This document shows positions 19,244-27,863 of a stretch of 36,771 nucleotides of DNA, one piece after another. The notes beneath the pieces were generated by a model. The model was not told the DNA's origin. It saw only the letters and a program-made list of their open reading frames with translations, and ran no database searches. The stretch covers positions 1 through 36,771 of the IMG/VR virus record IMGVR_UViG_3300022936_000191. The stretch is one strand, 5' to 3'. Source of the DNA: a virus (Duplodnaviria; Caudoviricetes). Position 1 is the first letter of the stretch; every line of letters begins with the position of its first letter. The position numbers and the translations under genes were made by a program.

Positions 19244-20295
19244 TATCTAATATCATTAATTTTATTGTTAGCATTCTCAAAGGTTAACGTCCATTGAATT
19301 TGTGCTTTTTCATATTTACTAAGTTTTTCAGGTAGTTTTTTATCTGTAAGTATGACAGGAATTATTGTTTCATCTGCTTGGTTTAATAAGTACCATCTGT
19401 TGCTGCTAACCAGTTCTTCCATATACTTATTTTGTGCATCATCCAATAAGTCAGTATTCAAAACCCATTCTTCACCGATTACAACATTCTGTACACGGGT
19501 TGTTCCGGTGCGGACTGAATATTGGTCAGGTCGCTTTTGGTAGAACTGACTGGATTCACTGGATATATTTAAGTTTCTTCTGCTTGCTCTATTAAAAAGC
19601 ATAGTGTCCCATACACCGAAACTATTTAAATATGCTACCTGAAATTCACGGTTTTTTTGTGAGCAAATAATTTTATTTGTAAAAATTGGTTGTCTAAAAA
19701 CTATAGATGATGTGTTACTGGCCGTAGGTGAGATAGTTACACGAAAGTTAGTTGTAAGTTGTGTTGAATATTTATCTACAGGGTCTAATAAAGTCATTGA
19801 TGGTGGTGTTGAATTAGCACCGTTGATATGATAACCTTTTCCTAAGCATCCAATGTGAATAGATGAATCAACTGTATCTTGTAGTGTAGTAACATCACCA
19901 ATAACTTTATATGCTTTTAAAATCCATTTAACCCATACAAATTCGCCAAATTCATTAGTTGACATTGCATTTAAAAATTCACTATCAACTGTAATTTCGG
20001 TACTGTCAACGGTTACTTCTGTTGAATCTACCGTTAGTGGTAAATAGTCAAACCAAGTATCATCTATTGTCGGGTCTAAATGACCTAAAATGTAATCTGA
20101 AATATCACACGTAACAAAGTTATCATCATAACGAATCTTAATCGCTGTGAGTGGATAATTTGCGGTGGTTGGTATGGTATTATCACCAGTCCAAATAAAC
20201 AGTTCCACAGTCGCGTAATCGAACGTGGATGCAGTTGCGGAATAGGTAATGTAGTATGGACTTTCTGCAAGTATGAAATCAGTATTACTAATCAT
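19243..20295 (-). CDS. Minor tail protein (distal tail-like)
   Basis: YLNSFGVWDTMLF motif; coupled to the hub-like gene. Confidence 0.65.
   Translation of the reverse strand: MISNTDFILAESPYYITYSATASTFDYATVELFIWTGDNTIPTTANYPLTAIKIRYDDNFVTCDISDYILGHLDPTIDDTWFDYLPLTVDSTEVTVDSTEITVDSEFLNAMSTNEFGEFVWVKWILKAYKVIGDVTTLQDTVDSSIHIGCLGKGYHINGANSTPPSMTLLDPVDKYSTQLTTNFRVTISPTASNTSSIVFRQPIFTNKIICSQKNREFQVAYLNSFGVWDTMLFNRASRRNLNISSESSQFYQKRPDQYSVRTGTTRVQNVVIGEEWVLNTDLLDDAQNKYMEELVSSNRWYLLNQADETIIPVILTDKKLPEKLSKYEKAQIQWTLTFENANNKINDIR
19981..20037 (-). repeat. In-frame heptad repeat (L/V/I)TVDSTE x ~2.7
   Basis: LTVDSTE VTVDSTE ITVDS, with divergent codons. Confidence 0.85.
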
Positions 20296-20312
20296 TTATA
20301 AATTTTATTTTT

Positions 20313-20777
20313 TTAATCTTCACCAAAATCATTTAGTAAATTATCTGCTTCGGCTTCTGCAATGTAATCTGCAATTTTACTTACTTCGTAATCCATCACA
20401 TCATAAAAGAAATTTATCCCTTTGATACCTTTTCTATAGATGGAATTTTGAACTGCATAAGGATTTAAACCCCTTGCTTTTGCCCACGGTGAAATTGCTG
20501 CTAATGGTGGTTTTTTATCTTTATAAGAGAATCTGGAATTGTTATTTTGTTCAGTACCGTTTACACCTGCATCTATAAATTCACCGTATGATTCCATATC
20601 AACAACAAAATCATATTCACCATCTATTTGTTCAATATCAGCGGTTATACTGTCTAATAATCTACCTGTATCTATACCACGACCTGATTTCTCTAATATC
20701 TGCTTAGAACGCGCTTTAAACGTCGATACTAATAGTTTTAATGCTTGCTGCATTTGCGCATCAGTTACATTACTCAT
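20313..20777 (-). CDS. Tail completion/neck protein (HK97 gp10-like)
   Basis: DTGRLLDSI, YGEFIDAGV, KPPL..I..W, GIKG motifs. Confidence 0.65.
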   Translation of the reverse strand: MSNVTDAQMQQALKLLVSTFKARSKQILEKSGRGIDTGRLLDSITADIEQIDGEYDFVVDMESYGEFIDAGVNGTEQNNNSRFSYKDKKPPLAAISPWAKARGLNPYAVQNSIYRKGIKGINFFYDVMDYEVSKIADYIAEAEADNLLNDFGED

Positions 20778-21234
20778 TGCAAGTGCTTATTTCATTTTGT
20801 ATAGATAAAACTACTGATGCATTATAACCATCTAATCCACTTATACCCTGAAAATCGATAACATATGCATTTACACTATCATCAACTTCAATATCAAATT
20901 CATTATTCTGAAACATCAATATATTTAATGCTTTAATTAATATTGCTGATGCTTCACTCATATTATCAATCATATTATCTTCAAATATTTCATTCTGAAA
21001 AGATGTTTCAGTATTTCGTAATGATACACAAGCAATATCAAACAGAAAGTTGATTCTGTTTTGTTCTAAATTAAATCCCATTGGAATAATGTGTACTAAT
21101 GGAAATAAAACTTTTTTATCAATCTCCCGAATCGTTTTGTTACCGAATTTAATTTTATTTACTAACGGATCGCTTTTAAATAAGTCTATTAAATATTGTG
21201 CAACAATTGCATTCGGATTTAGGTTACTATACAT
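20770..21234 (-). CDS. Putative tail terminator protein
   Basis: 154 aa, acidic, FPLVHI motif, neck-module context. Confidence 0.55.
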   Translation of the reverse strand: MYSNLNPNAIVAQYLIDLFKSDPLVNKIKFGNKTIREIDKKVLFPLVHIIPMGFNLEQNRINFLFDIACVSLRNTETSFQNEIFEDNMIDNMSEASAILIKALNILMFQNNEFDIEVDDSVNAYVIDFQGISGLDGYNASVVLSIQNEISTCNE

Positions 21235-21241
21235 TCATTTT

Positions 21242-21508
21242 CTATTGTTTTTTATGCTCTATTTTCTTCTTTTCGATAAGATATGATGCCCAAAATGCGA
21301 ATTTATGACAGTTTAAACTTTCTATATCTTCTACTTTTGTTACATCACCATTTGCTAACATCCATATAATTTCGGTATATGCACCCCATTTAGCAACGAA
21401 TTGACTTTCTCTAGAGTAGTCGAATCCAAGTTCTTCATCATTTTCACTTGTTTCAGGGTAGATTTCAGGGTATAATCTGTGATAATCTGATAACCACGCA
21501 AAAAAAAA
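21242..21508 (-). CDS. -1 frameshift extension of the tail chaperone (gpGT-like)
   Basis: After the A9 run (21500-21508) the -1 frame is open for 85 codons (AWLSDYHRLYPE...FVAKWGAYTEIIWMLANGDVTKVEDI...) to TAG at 21242-21244, just before the next gene. Confidence 0.8.
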   Translation of the reverse strand, partial: FFFAWLSDYHRLYPEIYPETSENDEELGFDYSRESQFVAKWGAYTEIIWMLANGDVTKVEDIESLNCHKFAFWASYLIEKKKIEHKKQ

Positions 21509-21996
21509 GATAAAACACCTTCTAATACATCATATCCAAGTTGTAAAAACTTTAAATGAGTTCCTGTATAGGGTTCAATCTCGTAATAATTGCCAATTTT
21601 TTTAGTAATTGGTCGGTATAATATAGATAACATTCTGCACCAGTCTTTATCACTTGCATAATTCTCTAAATCTATTAATGCACCTGCTGTAATATCATCA
21701 CTAAAGTTTGGTATTAAACCATATTCTACATCATTGTATTTAAAAATATGCTGCATTTCTGCAGGGGATGAAAATACATCGTTAATCGCATTCATCATTT
21801 CAGATATTTCTGATGCTTTCATCAGCATACTATACTTTAATGGTACATCACAAAATATTTGTAACATCTTTTTATCTAAAAATTCTTTATCTGTATTTTC
21901 TACATTAGCAATCTTTTCAAACGCAATCCATTTTTCAATAGTTATATCTTTTTTAGATTCAGGGATTACATATTCTACATTAACTTTTTCCATCAA
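21355..21996 (-). CDS. Tail assembly chaperone (gpG-like, short form)
   Basis: First gene of the late operon; contains a T9 slippery run at SFFL. Confidence 0.7.
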   Translation of the reverse strand: MMEKVNVEYVIPESKKDITIEKWIAFEKIANVENTDKEFLDKKMLQIFCDVPLKYSMLMKASEISEMMNAINDVFSSPAEMQHIFKYNDVEYGLIPNFSDDITAGALIDLENYASDKDWCRMLSILYRPITKKIGNYYEIEPYTGTHLKFLQLGYDVLEGVLSFFLRGYQIITDYTLKSTLKQVKMMKNLDSTTLEKVNSLLNGVHIPKLYGC

Positions 21997-22029
21997 CTAT
22001 ATATTTTTATTCGGGGTATTCCTTTATCT

Positions 22030-22056
22030 ATATAATCAGGAAAACAGTAATTGATT
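22030..22056 (-). promoter_or_regulatory. Putative late promoter AATCAA-N13-GATTATAT (copy 4, head of late operon)
   Basis: atataatc 22030-22037, ttgatt 22051-22056. Confidence 0.75.
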
Positions 22057-22413
22057 TTTTCTTTTACCCACACATTGCTTACGCAAGTGTTCAGCGACTG
22101 GGAGACTTGAAACGGGTGGTTGTGGTGGGTTATTTATTCTACAATAGCAAAATATATTCATATACTAATTGGGTGCAGCATTTCGTTCTTTATTGAGTTA
22201 GTTAACTAACGAAAAGTAGTTGATGATTAAGATTGTGGTGGATATAAGAAATACAGACAGACAATAAGAAATAGCAGATATATCAGATTTACTTGATCAC
22301 GTTTTTTGCATACATTTCTATAATTATTTCGTTTTTATTGAAAATATATTAAAAAAACGAAAAAGGGAGATTTAAAACTTAATATATACTTATATAAAAA
22401 TAATGTATATGAA

Positions 22414-23592
22414 GTGATATTTATAATTCCATTTTCTGAATCTGTAGTTGATAATTTAACTATACAAAAAACTAAACTTACCCGATACTGTTATATCAAT
22501 GATATAGATTTGGTTTCTAATATTCTTGCTAACAATCTACCTATAAAAAATACAAGAATTGCTCTAAGAAATATTTTAGATTTTCTAACATTTATTGATA
22601 TGAAAATTAATGAAAAAGAAAATACTTGCTTTCCAATTCCTGCTACTAAAATTATTTCTTTTTTTGGTGTTGACAATTACAAGCAATATATGAATTTACT
22701 TAAAAAGTTAGATATTATTTCTGCTGTATCATATCAAGATGGTTCTTTTTATAAAGTTGGTTCGTTATATACCCAGTACAGGGTTCACAATGCATACATC
22801 AACCAAGAGAATCTTGCAATTATTATTCTTGATGAAGATAGAAGAAAAGATGATTTTACTAATGAAGTAACAAATCTTGATTCCAGATTTGTTAATACCA
22901 TTAAACAATTGGAGGTAAATATAAAAGAAGCAATTACTGCTGAAATACAATATTATAAAGATAACAATCTTAAATTATCTACACTTAGAACTAGAATAAG
23001 CAGAATCTTTTATACCAAAAGAAAAAGATTTATCAAAAGTGGAACTAAAGTAAATAGGGTATATCACTCATTTACAAATCTGTCTAAAGTATCACGAGAA
23101 CATTTAGATATGAAGTTGATAAATGTTGATGTTACCAATTGTCAACCATTGCTATTAGTAGCGCATCTAATTAAGAATTTTATGAATTATGATAATAGTT
23201 ACTTGATGGATTGTGAAGCAGGTTTATTTTATGAAAGATTTGAAGGTATAAATAAGTTTGATAGGGATGAAATAAAAAGAAGTATTTACAAAAACATATT
23301 CTTTGCATTCGTGCCGAAAAACAAATTTAATAAAAGATTTAAAGAGTTATATCCTGAAACTTGGTTAGCACTGGAATATATTAATAATAGTGGTATATCA
23401 CTAGCAGCCGAACTACAGAATTTAGAAAGTGAATTGTTTAATAATCTTATACCTGAAAAATCTAAATACTTCTTTACACTATTTGATGCAATCTATTTTG
23501 ATAATATAAACGATATTACAGCAATAGTTAAATCTATAAAAAACTTCTTTGAAGAACTTGGTATAGAAGTTAAAGTAAAGATTGGATATTAA
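22414..23592 (+). CDS. Minimal family-A-like nucleic acid polymerase / replication protein
   Basis: RVYHSFTNL; motif A-like INVDVTNCQPLLL; motif B-like RDEIKRSIYKNIFF (RxxxKx7F); LQNLES; motif C-like TLFDAIY. GTG start uncertain. Confidence 0.65.
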   Translation: MIFIIPFSESVVDNLTIQKTKLTRYCYINDIDLVSNILANNLPIKNTRIALRNILDFLTFIDMKINEKENTCFPIPATKIISFFGVDNYKQYMNLLKKLDIISAVSYQDGSFYKVGSLYTQYRVHNAYINQENLAIIILDEDRRKDDFTNEVTNLDSRFVNTIKQLEVNIKEAITAEIQYYKDNNLKLSTLRTRISRIFYTKRKRFIKSGTKVNRVYHSFTNLSKVSREHLDMKLINVDVTNCQPLLLVAHLIKNFMNYDNSYLMDCEAGLFYERFEGINKFDRDEIKRSIYKNIFFAFVPKNKFNKRFKELYPETWLALEYINNSGISLAAELQNLESELFNNLIPEKSKYFFTLFDAIYFDNINDITAIVKSIKNFFEELGIEVKVKIGY

Positions 23593-23595
23593 CTA

Positions 23596-23641
23596 TAAAC
23601 AATCCATACTTTTTAAAACCTTTATATTTTAAAAATATATA
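23596..23641 (+). promoter_or_regulatory. TAAACAATCCAT-N26-AATATATA element (copy A)
   Basis: Identical 12-mer and 8-mer with near-identical spacing at three intergenic sites. Confidence 0.65.
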
Positions 23642-23647
23642 CTAAGT

Positions 23648-23677
23648 AAACTTACCCAGTTAGGGATATAAATAAAA
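23648..23677 (+). repeat. 30-bp direct repeat copy 1 (aaacttacccagttagggatataaataaaa)
   Basis: Exact match to 24085-24114. Confidence 0.95.
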
Positions 23678-23685
23678 ACTAAAAG

Positions 23686-24108
23686 ATGAAAGAATTTTAT
23701 GCATATAAAGCACATTTTTACTTAAAAAAGATTAATGAAAAATTACCAATTGATTTACAGACAAACGTTAAAGATATAGATAAAAGTATTTTAGATTATT
23801 GGAATACTTTTAGTTATTCAAATAAAATAAAATCATTTTTAGAATGTAATAATATATGTTTTGATGAAGAATTATTTATGAATCGGACAATTGATTGTCC
23901 GTTAGATTCAGGAAGATTTTTAAGAAAAAATGATAATGTATTATCATTTTTTGAACCTAAGAAAGATAAGTCTTTGCACCAATGCACTATGAATGACCGA
24001 TATGATATTACAAACTATAATCTTGATGATGTTACAGTAGATTTAATTATGAAAAATCATTTTCCATCTGAATATAGAGATTTAAAACTTACCCAGTTAG
24101 GGATATAA
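23686..24108 (+). CDS. Hypothetical protein with C-terminal RDxKLxxLGI tag
   Basis: 140 aa, ends EYRDLKLTQLGI. Confidence 0.8.
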   Translation: MKEFYAYKAHFYLKKINEKLPIDLQTNVKDIDKSILDYWNTFSYSNKIKSFLECNNICFDEELFMNRTIDCPLDSGRFLRKNDNVLSFFEPKKDKSLHQCTMNDRYDITNYNLDDVTVDLIMKNHFPSEYRDLKLTQLGI

Positions 24109-24114
24109 ATAAAA
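24085..24114 (+). repeat. 30-bp direct repeat copy 2 (encodes KLTQLGI-stop)
   Basis: Exact match to 23648-23677. Confidence 0.95.
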
Positions 24115-24123
24115 CTAAGAAAA

Positions 24124-24261
24124 ATGATTATAATAGTGTTAATATTAATATTAATTGTGCAAATACGGATTATAAAGAATTTAGGCAGGTTAGATAACTT
24201 ATATACTAAAATGACAACTGCATATGTAGTGTTAAATCCAAAAAATGATGATAAGCAATAA
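24124..24261 (+). CDS. Small 45-aa membrane protein (not in ORF track): MIIIVLILILIVQIRIIKNLGRLDNLY...
   Basis: Fills the gap; TAATG coupling with the next gene; N-terminal TM. Confidence 0.65.
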   Translation: MIIIVLILILIVQIRIIKNLGRLDNLYTKMTTAYVVLNPKNDDKQ

Positions 24262-24515
24262 TGAAAGAACTTGCAAGTAAAATAATTGTATTTTTATGGT
24301 TAGCAGTAGTATACACTGGTATATATATCGATATAAAAACATATACTTACAATGGTAAGTATGAAATTGATGTTATAAATAATGGTGTCGTTACAAAAAG
24401 TTATTTTACAAATGAATATGAAAAATATGAAAATATATATGAATTTGTTGATTACACTACAGCACAAAAATTTGAATTGATTGGTAATAATATAAAAGTA
24501 AAAGAATTAAAATAA
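24261..24515 (+). CDS. Hypothetical protein with N-terminal TM segment
   Basis: 84 aa in a coupled operon. Confidence 0.7.
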   Translation: MKELASKIIVFLWLAVVYTGIYIDIKTYTYNGKYEIDVINNGVVTKSYFTNEYEKYENIYEFVDYTTAQKFELIGNNIKVKELK

Positions 24516-24520
24516 AATAA

Positions 24521-24859
24521 TTGACACTAATACAGATAATAGACCAAGTAAGAAAATTAGATAACAGTATGTTTTTTCACTTTGATGTTATTAAGGTTAC
24601 TAAGAGAAAATGGATTATGAATTGTATTACAGCACCGAAATATAAAAGTGATAAGATATTTTATATTGCTGTTGGGAGTAAAGATAATTACAGAATAAAA
24701 GATTGTAATTACTGGGATGAAATTAAAAATTACAATGAAGTAAGTTATGGATATGTTTATGTGTTTAGAAAAGTATTTAGTAAAGGTTATTTAAAAGCTG
24801 GTGTCTTATCTACTTCAAAAATGACTTACTATGAAAGAAAAAAATTAGGATTAATATAA
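24521..24859 (+). CDS. Hypothetical protein
   Basis: TTG start; coupled to the next gene; ends ERKKLGLI. Confidence 0.65.
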   Translation: MTLIQIIDQVRKLDNSMFFHFDVIKVTKRKWIMNCITAPKYKSDKIFYIAVGSKDNYRIKDCNYWDEIKNYNEVSYGYVYVFRKVFSKGYLKAGVLSTSKMTYYERKKLGLI

Positions 24860-25200
24860 TGTTTAAGTGGTTTAAAAAGAAGATTAAAGAAGTACAGGTA
24901 CAGGGACCCGATATAGATTCAAATCCTGAATTTACATATAATAATGTTAAAGCGATTTTGGAATATTTGTATGATTATGGTATACAATATTATACTATTG
25001 ATAACCATTATATGCAAATTAAAACTGATTGTTTCCCTTATAATTGTAATGGTGATGGTGGTGTTTATATTTATATAACTGATAAGACACGAAAGTTAAG
25101 AATAGCATCAAAAATGTATGAAATAGATGCTGAATATATTTTAGCACAGTTTTTTAAAGAAGAACTTAGAGACAAAAAATTAAATGATTTAGGAATATGA
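24859..25200 (+). CDS. Hypothetical protein with C-terminal RDxKLxxLGI tag
   Basis: 113 aa, ends EELRDKKLNDLGI. Confidence 0.8.
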   Translation: MFKWFKKKIKEVQVQGPDIDSNPEFTYNNVKAILEYLYDYGIQYYTIDNHYMQIKTDCFPYNCNGDGGVYIYITDKTRKLRIASKMYEIDAEYILAQFFKEELRDKKLNDLGI

Positions 25201-25230
25201 TATGTATGCATTTACTTATAAAATATAATC

Positions 25231-25269
25231 AGAAAGTATTAACACAGGTTGTTGATACTTTTTTCTTTT
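25231..25269 (+). terminator. Putative terminator hairpin
   Basis: aaagtattaac/gttgatacttt stem followed by T-rich tract. Confidence 0.55.
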
Positions 25270-25300
25270 ATATAAGATTATTTTCTTTTAATTTTGTCTT

Positions 25301-25726
25301 ATGAATCTTAAGGACAAAATCATATATGGATATCTTACCTTCAATGAGCTTGCAACGCTTATAGAGTCAAATATACGCGCTGCTGCTGTATTAAATATCA
25401 GAATATGGTATGATGTTAACAAGCAGGGAATTTACGCGCATATGAGCGAGAATAAGACGTTGCTATTTAATAAGCAGTATTCAAAAGACTTTATGCACGT
25501 GATGCTTGCTAAAATGCATTATGATTGGTCACTGGTTCTACAGAAACGAATTGATTTGAAGAACCAGGAGGAGTACCGGCTGAAAATGTTAGCACTTGAA
25601 GAACTGGGTGGTCAGAATCAAGAATATATTGATATTGAAGATAGACGTCCGACCATCGGTGAAAAGATTGCACAGCGCAATACTATGAACCAATATTCTA
25701 ATGAAAAGAAATATGGAATTAGTTAG
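25301..25726 (+). CDS. Hypothetical protein
   Basis: 141-aa ORF. Confidence 0.7.
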   Translation: MNLKDKIIYGYLTFNELATLIESNIRAAAVLNIRIWYDVNKQGIYAHMSENKTLLFNKQYSKDFMHVMLAKMHYDWSLVLQKRIDLKNQEEYRLKMLALEELGGQNQEYIDIEDRRPTIGEKIAQRNTMNQYSNEKKYGIS

Positions 25727-26169
25727 AGATTGTTTCTCTTTCGATATTCTTCCATTGACATATTTTTATAAATTTCACCGTTTTCTTTATACTCTTTGTA
25801 CATTTTTGCACGTGCTTCGGGGTCACCGTGATTCATATCATAATAATCAGGTTTTATTTCAGCCTTAATATTTTTCATTGTTATTGTTCTTCTTTCAACA
25901 GGTTTTTGTTTTATTACTTCTAACTTCGGTTCTTTAATAATGATTGATGATAAATATTTTTTTACCCTTGTAAATGAAATCACTAATAGACATATTATGA
26001 GAATAGACAGTAGAAAATATCCTAAAGGTATTGGATAACTTAATATATCAATAATGCTAATATCTTTTACTAAACCGTATAATGCTAGACAAGCATATCC
26101 ACCAATAGATAATATTATACCTGCGATAACCTTAGACCCTACTGGGTCATTCCATATTTTTTTGAACAT
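25723..26169 (-). CDS. Two-TM membrane protein, moron-like (likely start MFKKIWNDPV at 26169)
   Basis: Two hydrophobic segments; TATCTTTA promoter-like site at 26192-26199 on the minus strand. Confidence 0.75.
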   Translation of the reverse strand: MFKKIWNDPVGSKVIAGIILSIGGYACLALYGLVKDISIIDILSYPIPLGYFLLSILIICLLVISFTRVKKYLSSIIIKEPKLEVIKQKPVERRTITMKNIKAEIKPDYYDMNHGDPEARAKMYKEYKENGEIYKNMSMEEYRKRNNL

Positions 26170-26200
26170 AATAATAAAGCGTAGGTGCAAGTAAAGATAA

Positions 26201-26248
26201 TAATTATTTGGTTAGAGATAAAATATTAGTCTCTAACCAAAATAATTA
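26201..26248. terminator. Long hairpin (about 18-bp stem)
   Basis: taattatttggttagaga ... tctctaaccaaaataatta. Confidence 0.65.
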
Positions 26249-26257
26249 AATACTTCG

Positions 26258-26392
26258 CTACTTTCTTAAGGCTGCAACCATACAGCAAATTTTAATAATG
26301 TTTACGCAAATACTTATTAATCTTAATGGTTGCTCATAATTTTTAATAAAGCGACTTAATGATACAATTAATTTTAGACCTCTTTTTTTCAT
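26258..26392 (-). CDS. Small basic 44-aa peptide (not in ORF track): MKKRGLKLIVSLSRFIKNYEQPLRLISICVNIIKICCMVAALRK
   Basis: ATG-TAG frame ending just before the long hairpin. Confidence 0.5.
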   Translation of the reverse strand: MKKRGLKLIVSLSRFIKNYEQPLRLISICVNIIKICCMVAALRK

Positions 26393-26495
26393 AATATTTG
26401 TATTAGATGTTAGATACAAATTTCGTATTATGATAACTTACCCAACGGTTTTAAATGGTCTATATATCTACAGATATTGGTTAATTTAGGATTAT

Positions 26496-27863
26496 TTAGG
26501 TTACAATAGGATTATTTTTATCTTCGCGTAATTCTTTAATGATTTCATCGATTTTAGCATCTAAAAATTTAATTCTTTCCTCAACTGCTTTTGACTGACC
26601 AACACCTGAAATCATCTTAGTATCTAAACTTTCTACATTTTTAATTCCGTGGAAATGTATATATTTCAAATATTTTTCAGGATTAGCATTAATGTATTTT
26701 CGTTCTCTAAGTTGATAATATAAAAAACTATAATCACTTCGATGTTTAGAATTTTTAGAATAAATATTATGCATCGCAGAAAAAACTACTCTACCAGTAT
26801 AATTGTGAAATATATCTTCATTTTTACTTACTTCAACATATAACTCATCTTCTAAATCTATCACCTCACTTATTCCTATTTCTTCAAAATTTGTTTCATA
26901 TTGCGATACATTTTCATCATCTGTAATTTTACTCATCAATTCTAATTTTGGTAAATCAATTGCACTTTTCAATATTTCCCTCGTTTTTTTAAATCGTTTT
27001 TTTAAAGGGGATTTGTAAATATTTATAGACAATTGTGTATTAATATAATCAAGGATATCATCAAATAATAACATAAAACTATGTTGTAAGTGCAAAGCAG
27101 TTTTGTAATGACCTGTATCTATATTGTGATTTATTATCGCGCTATGTTCTTCAATAGACAATAATGCATCTTCAACTTGATTCATATATCTATTATACTT
27201 ATTCAATTGAGCCCCACTATATTTTTTACTTTCAAATACAGCAATAAAAACTTCCACGATACTATTCCCAAGCCTAAATAATGTTACTATAAATAACTTA
27301 ATCAATTTTTGTCTAGATTGTAAAAGCTTATTTGAAGTTAATAATGATAGACGAAATTCCTGCCAATGTTGCAATGTAAAAGTGAAATAAAATAGATTAT
27401 CATTACCATCTTCTTGCTTTATTATAACCCTAGGAAAATATACGGAATTAATTGCTGTTAGATACTTATTAAACTTATAGGTACGTTCCAAAAAAATATC
27501 TTGTTCGCTTTTATAACTATAATTTATGTTATATTTTTTATTTTCTAAATGTAGTTTGTAAATATTAAATCTTTTTAAATATCCAAAAGATAGTTTATCA
27601 ACATCTAAGTTGTTAATAGCACTCAACTCTTCATCAATAAAGTCGTTTTCGCTTAGAGGAAAATCATCCTTCATTTTTGAAGATTTAATCAAATTATTTA
27701 CTAGTAGTCCATTGTTAAACCTTAAACTATTATCATTACCTAAATCTTTGACATCACTATTATTATAATACCACGCTCTTAGATTACTTCTATATATATC
27801 ATTTAAATTGGTTAAATTTCCTTCGATAAATTTAAATTTATCAATTATCAATTCATCAGTCAT
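26496..27863 (-). CDS. Large hypothetical accessory protein
   Basis: 455-aa ORF, very AT-rich, no motif recognised. Confidence 0.8.
   Translation of the reverse strand: MTDELIIDKFKFIEGNLTNLNDIYRSNLRAWYYNNSDVKDLGNDNSLRFNNGLLVNNLIKSSKMKDDFPLSENDFIDEELSAINNLDVDKLSFGYLKRFNIYKLHLENKKYNINYSYKSEQDIFLERTYKFNKYLTAINSVYFPRVIIKQEDGNDNLFYFTFTLQHWQEFRLSLLTSNKLLQSRQKLIKLFIVTLFRLGNSIVEVFIAVFESKKYSGAQLNKYNRYMNQVEDALLSIEEHSAIINHNIDTGHYKTALHLQHSFMLLFDDILDYINTQLSINIYKSPLKKRFKKTREILKSAIDLPKLELMSKITDDENVSQYETNFEEIGISEVIDLEDELYVEVSKNEDIFHNYTGRVVFSAMHNIYSKNSKHRSDYSFLYYQLRERKYINANPEKYLKYIHFHGIKNVESLDTKMISGVGQSKAVEERIKFLDAKIDEIIKELREDKNNPIVT

Noticed and set aside
25223-25250. atataatc as a fifth late promoter
   Set aside because: Lacks ttgatt at the 13-nt spacing, abuts a terminator and would point antisense.
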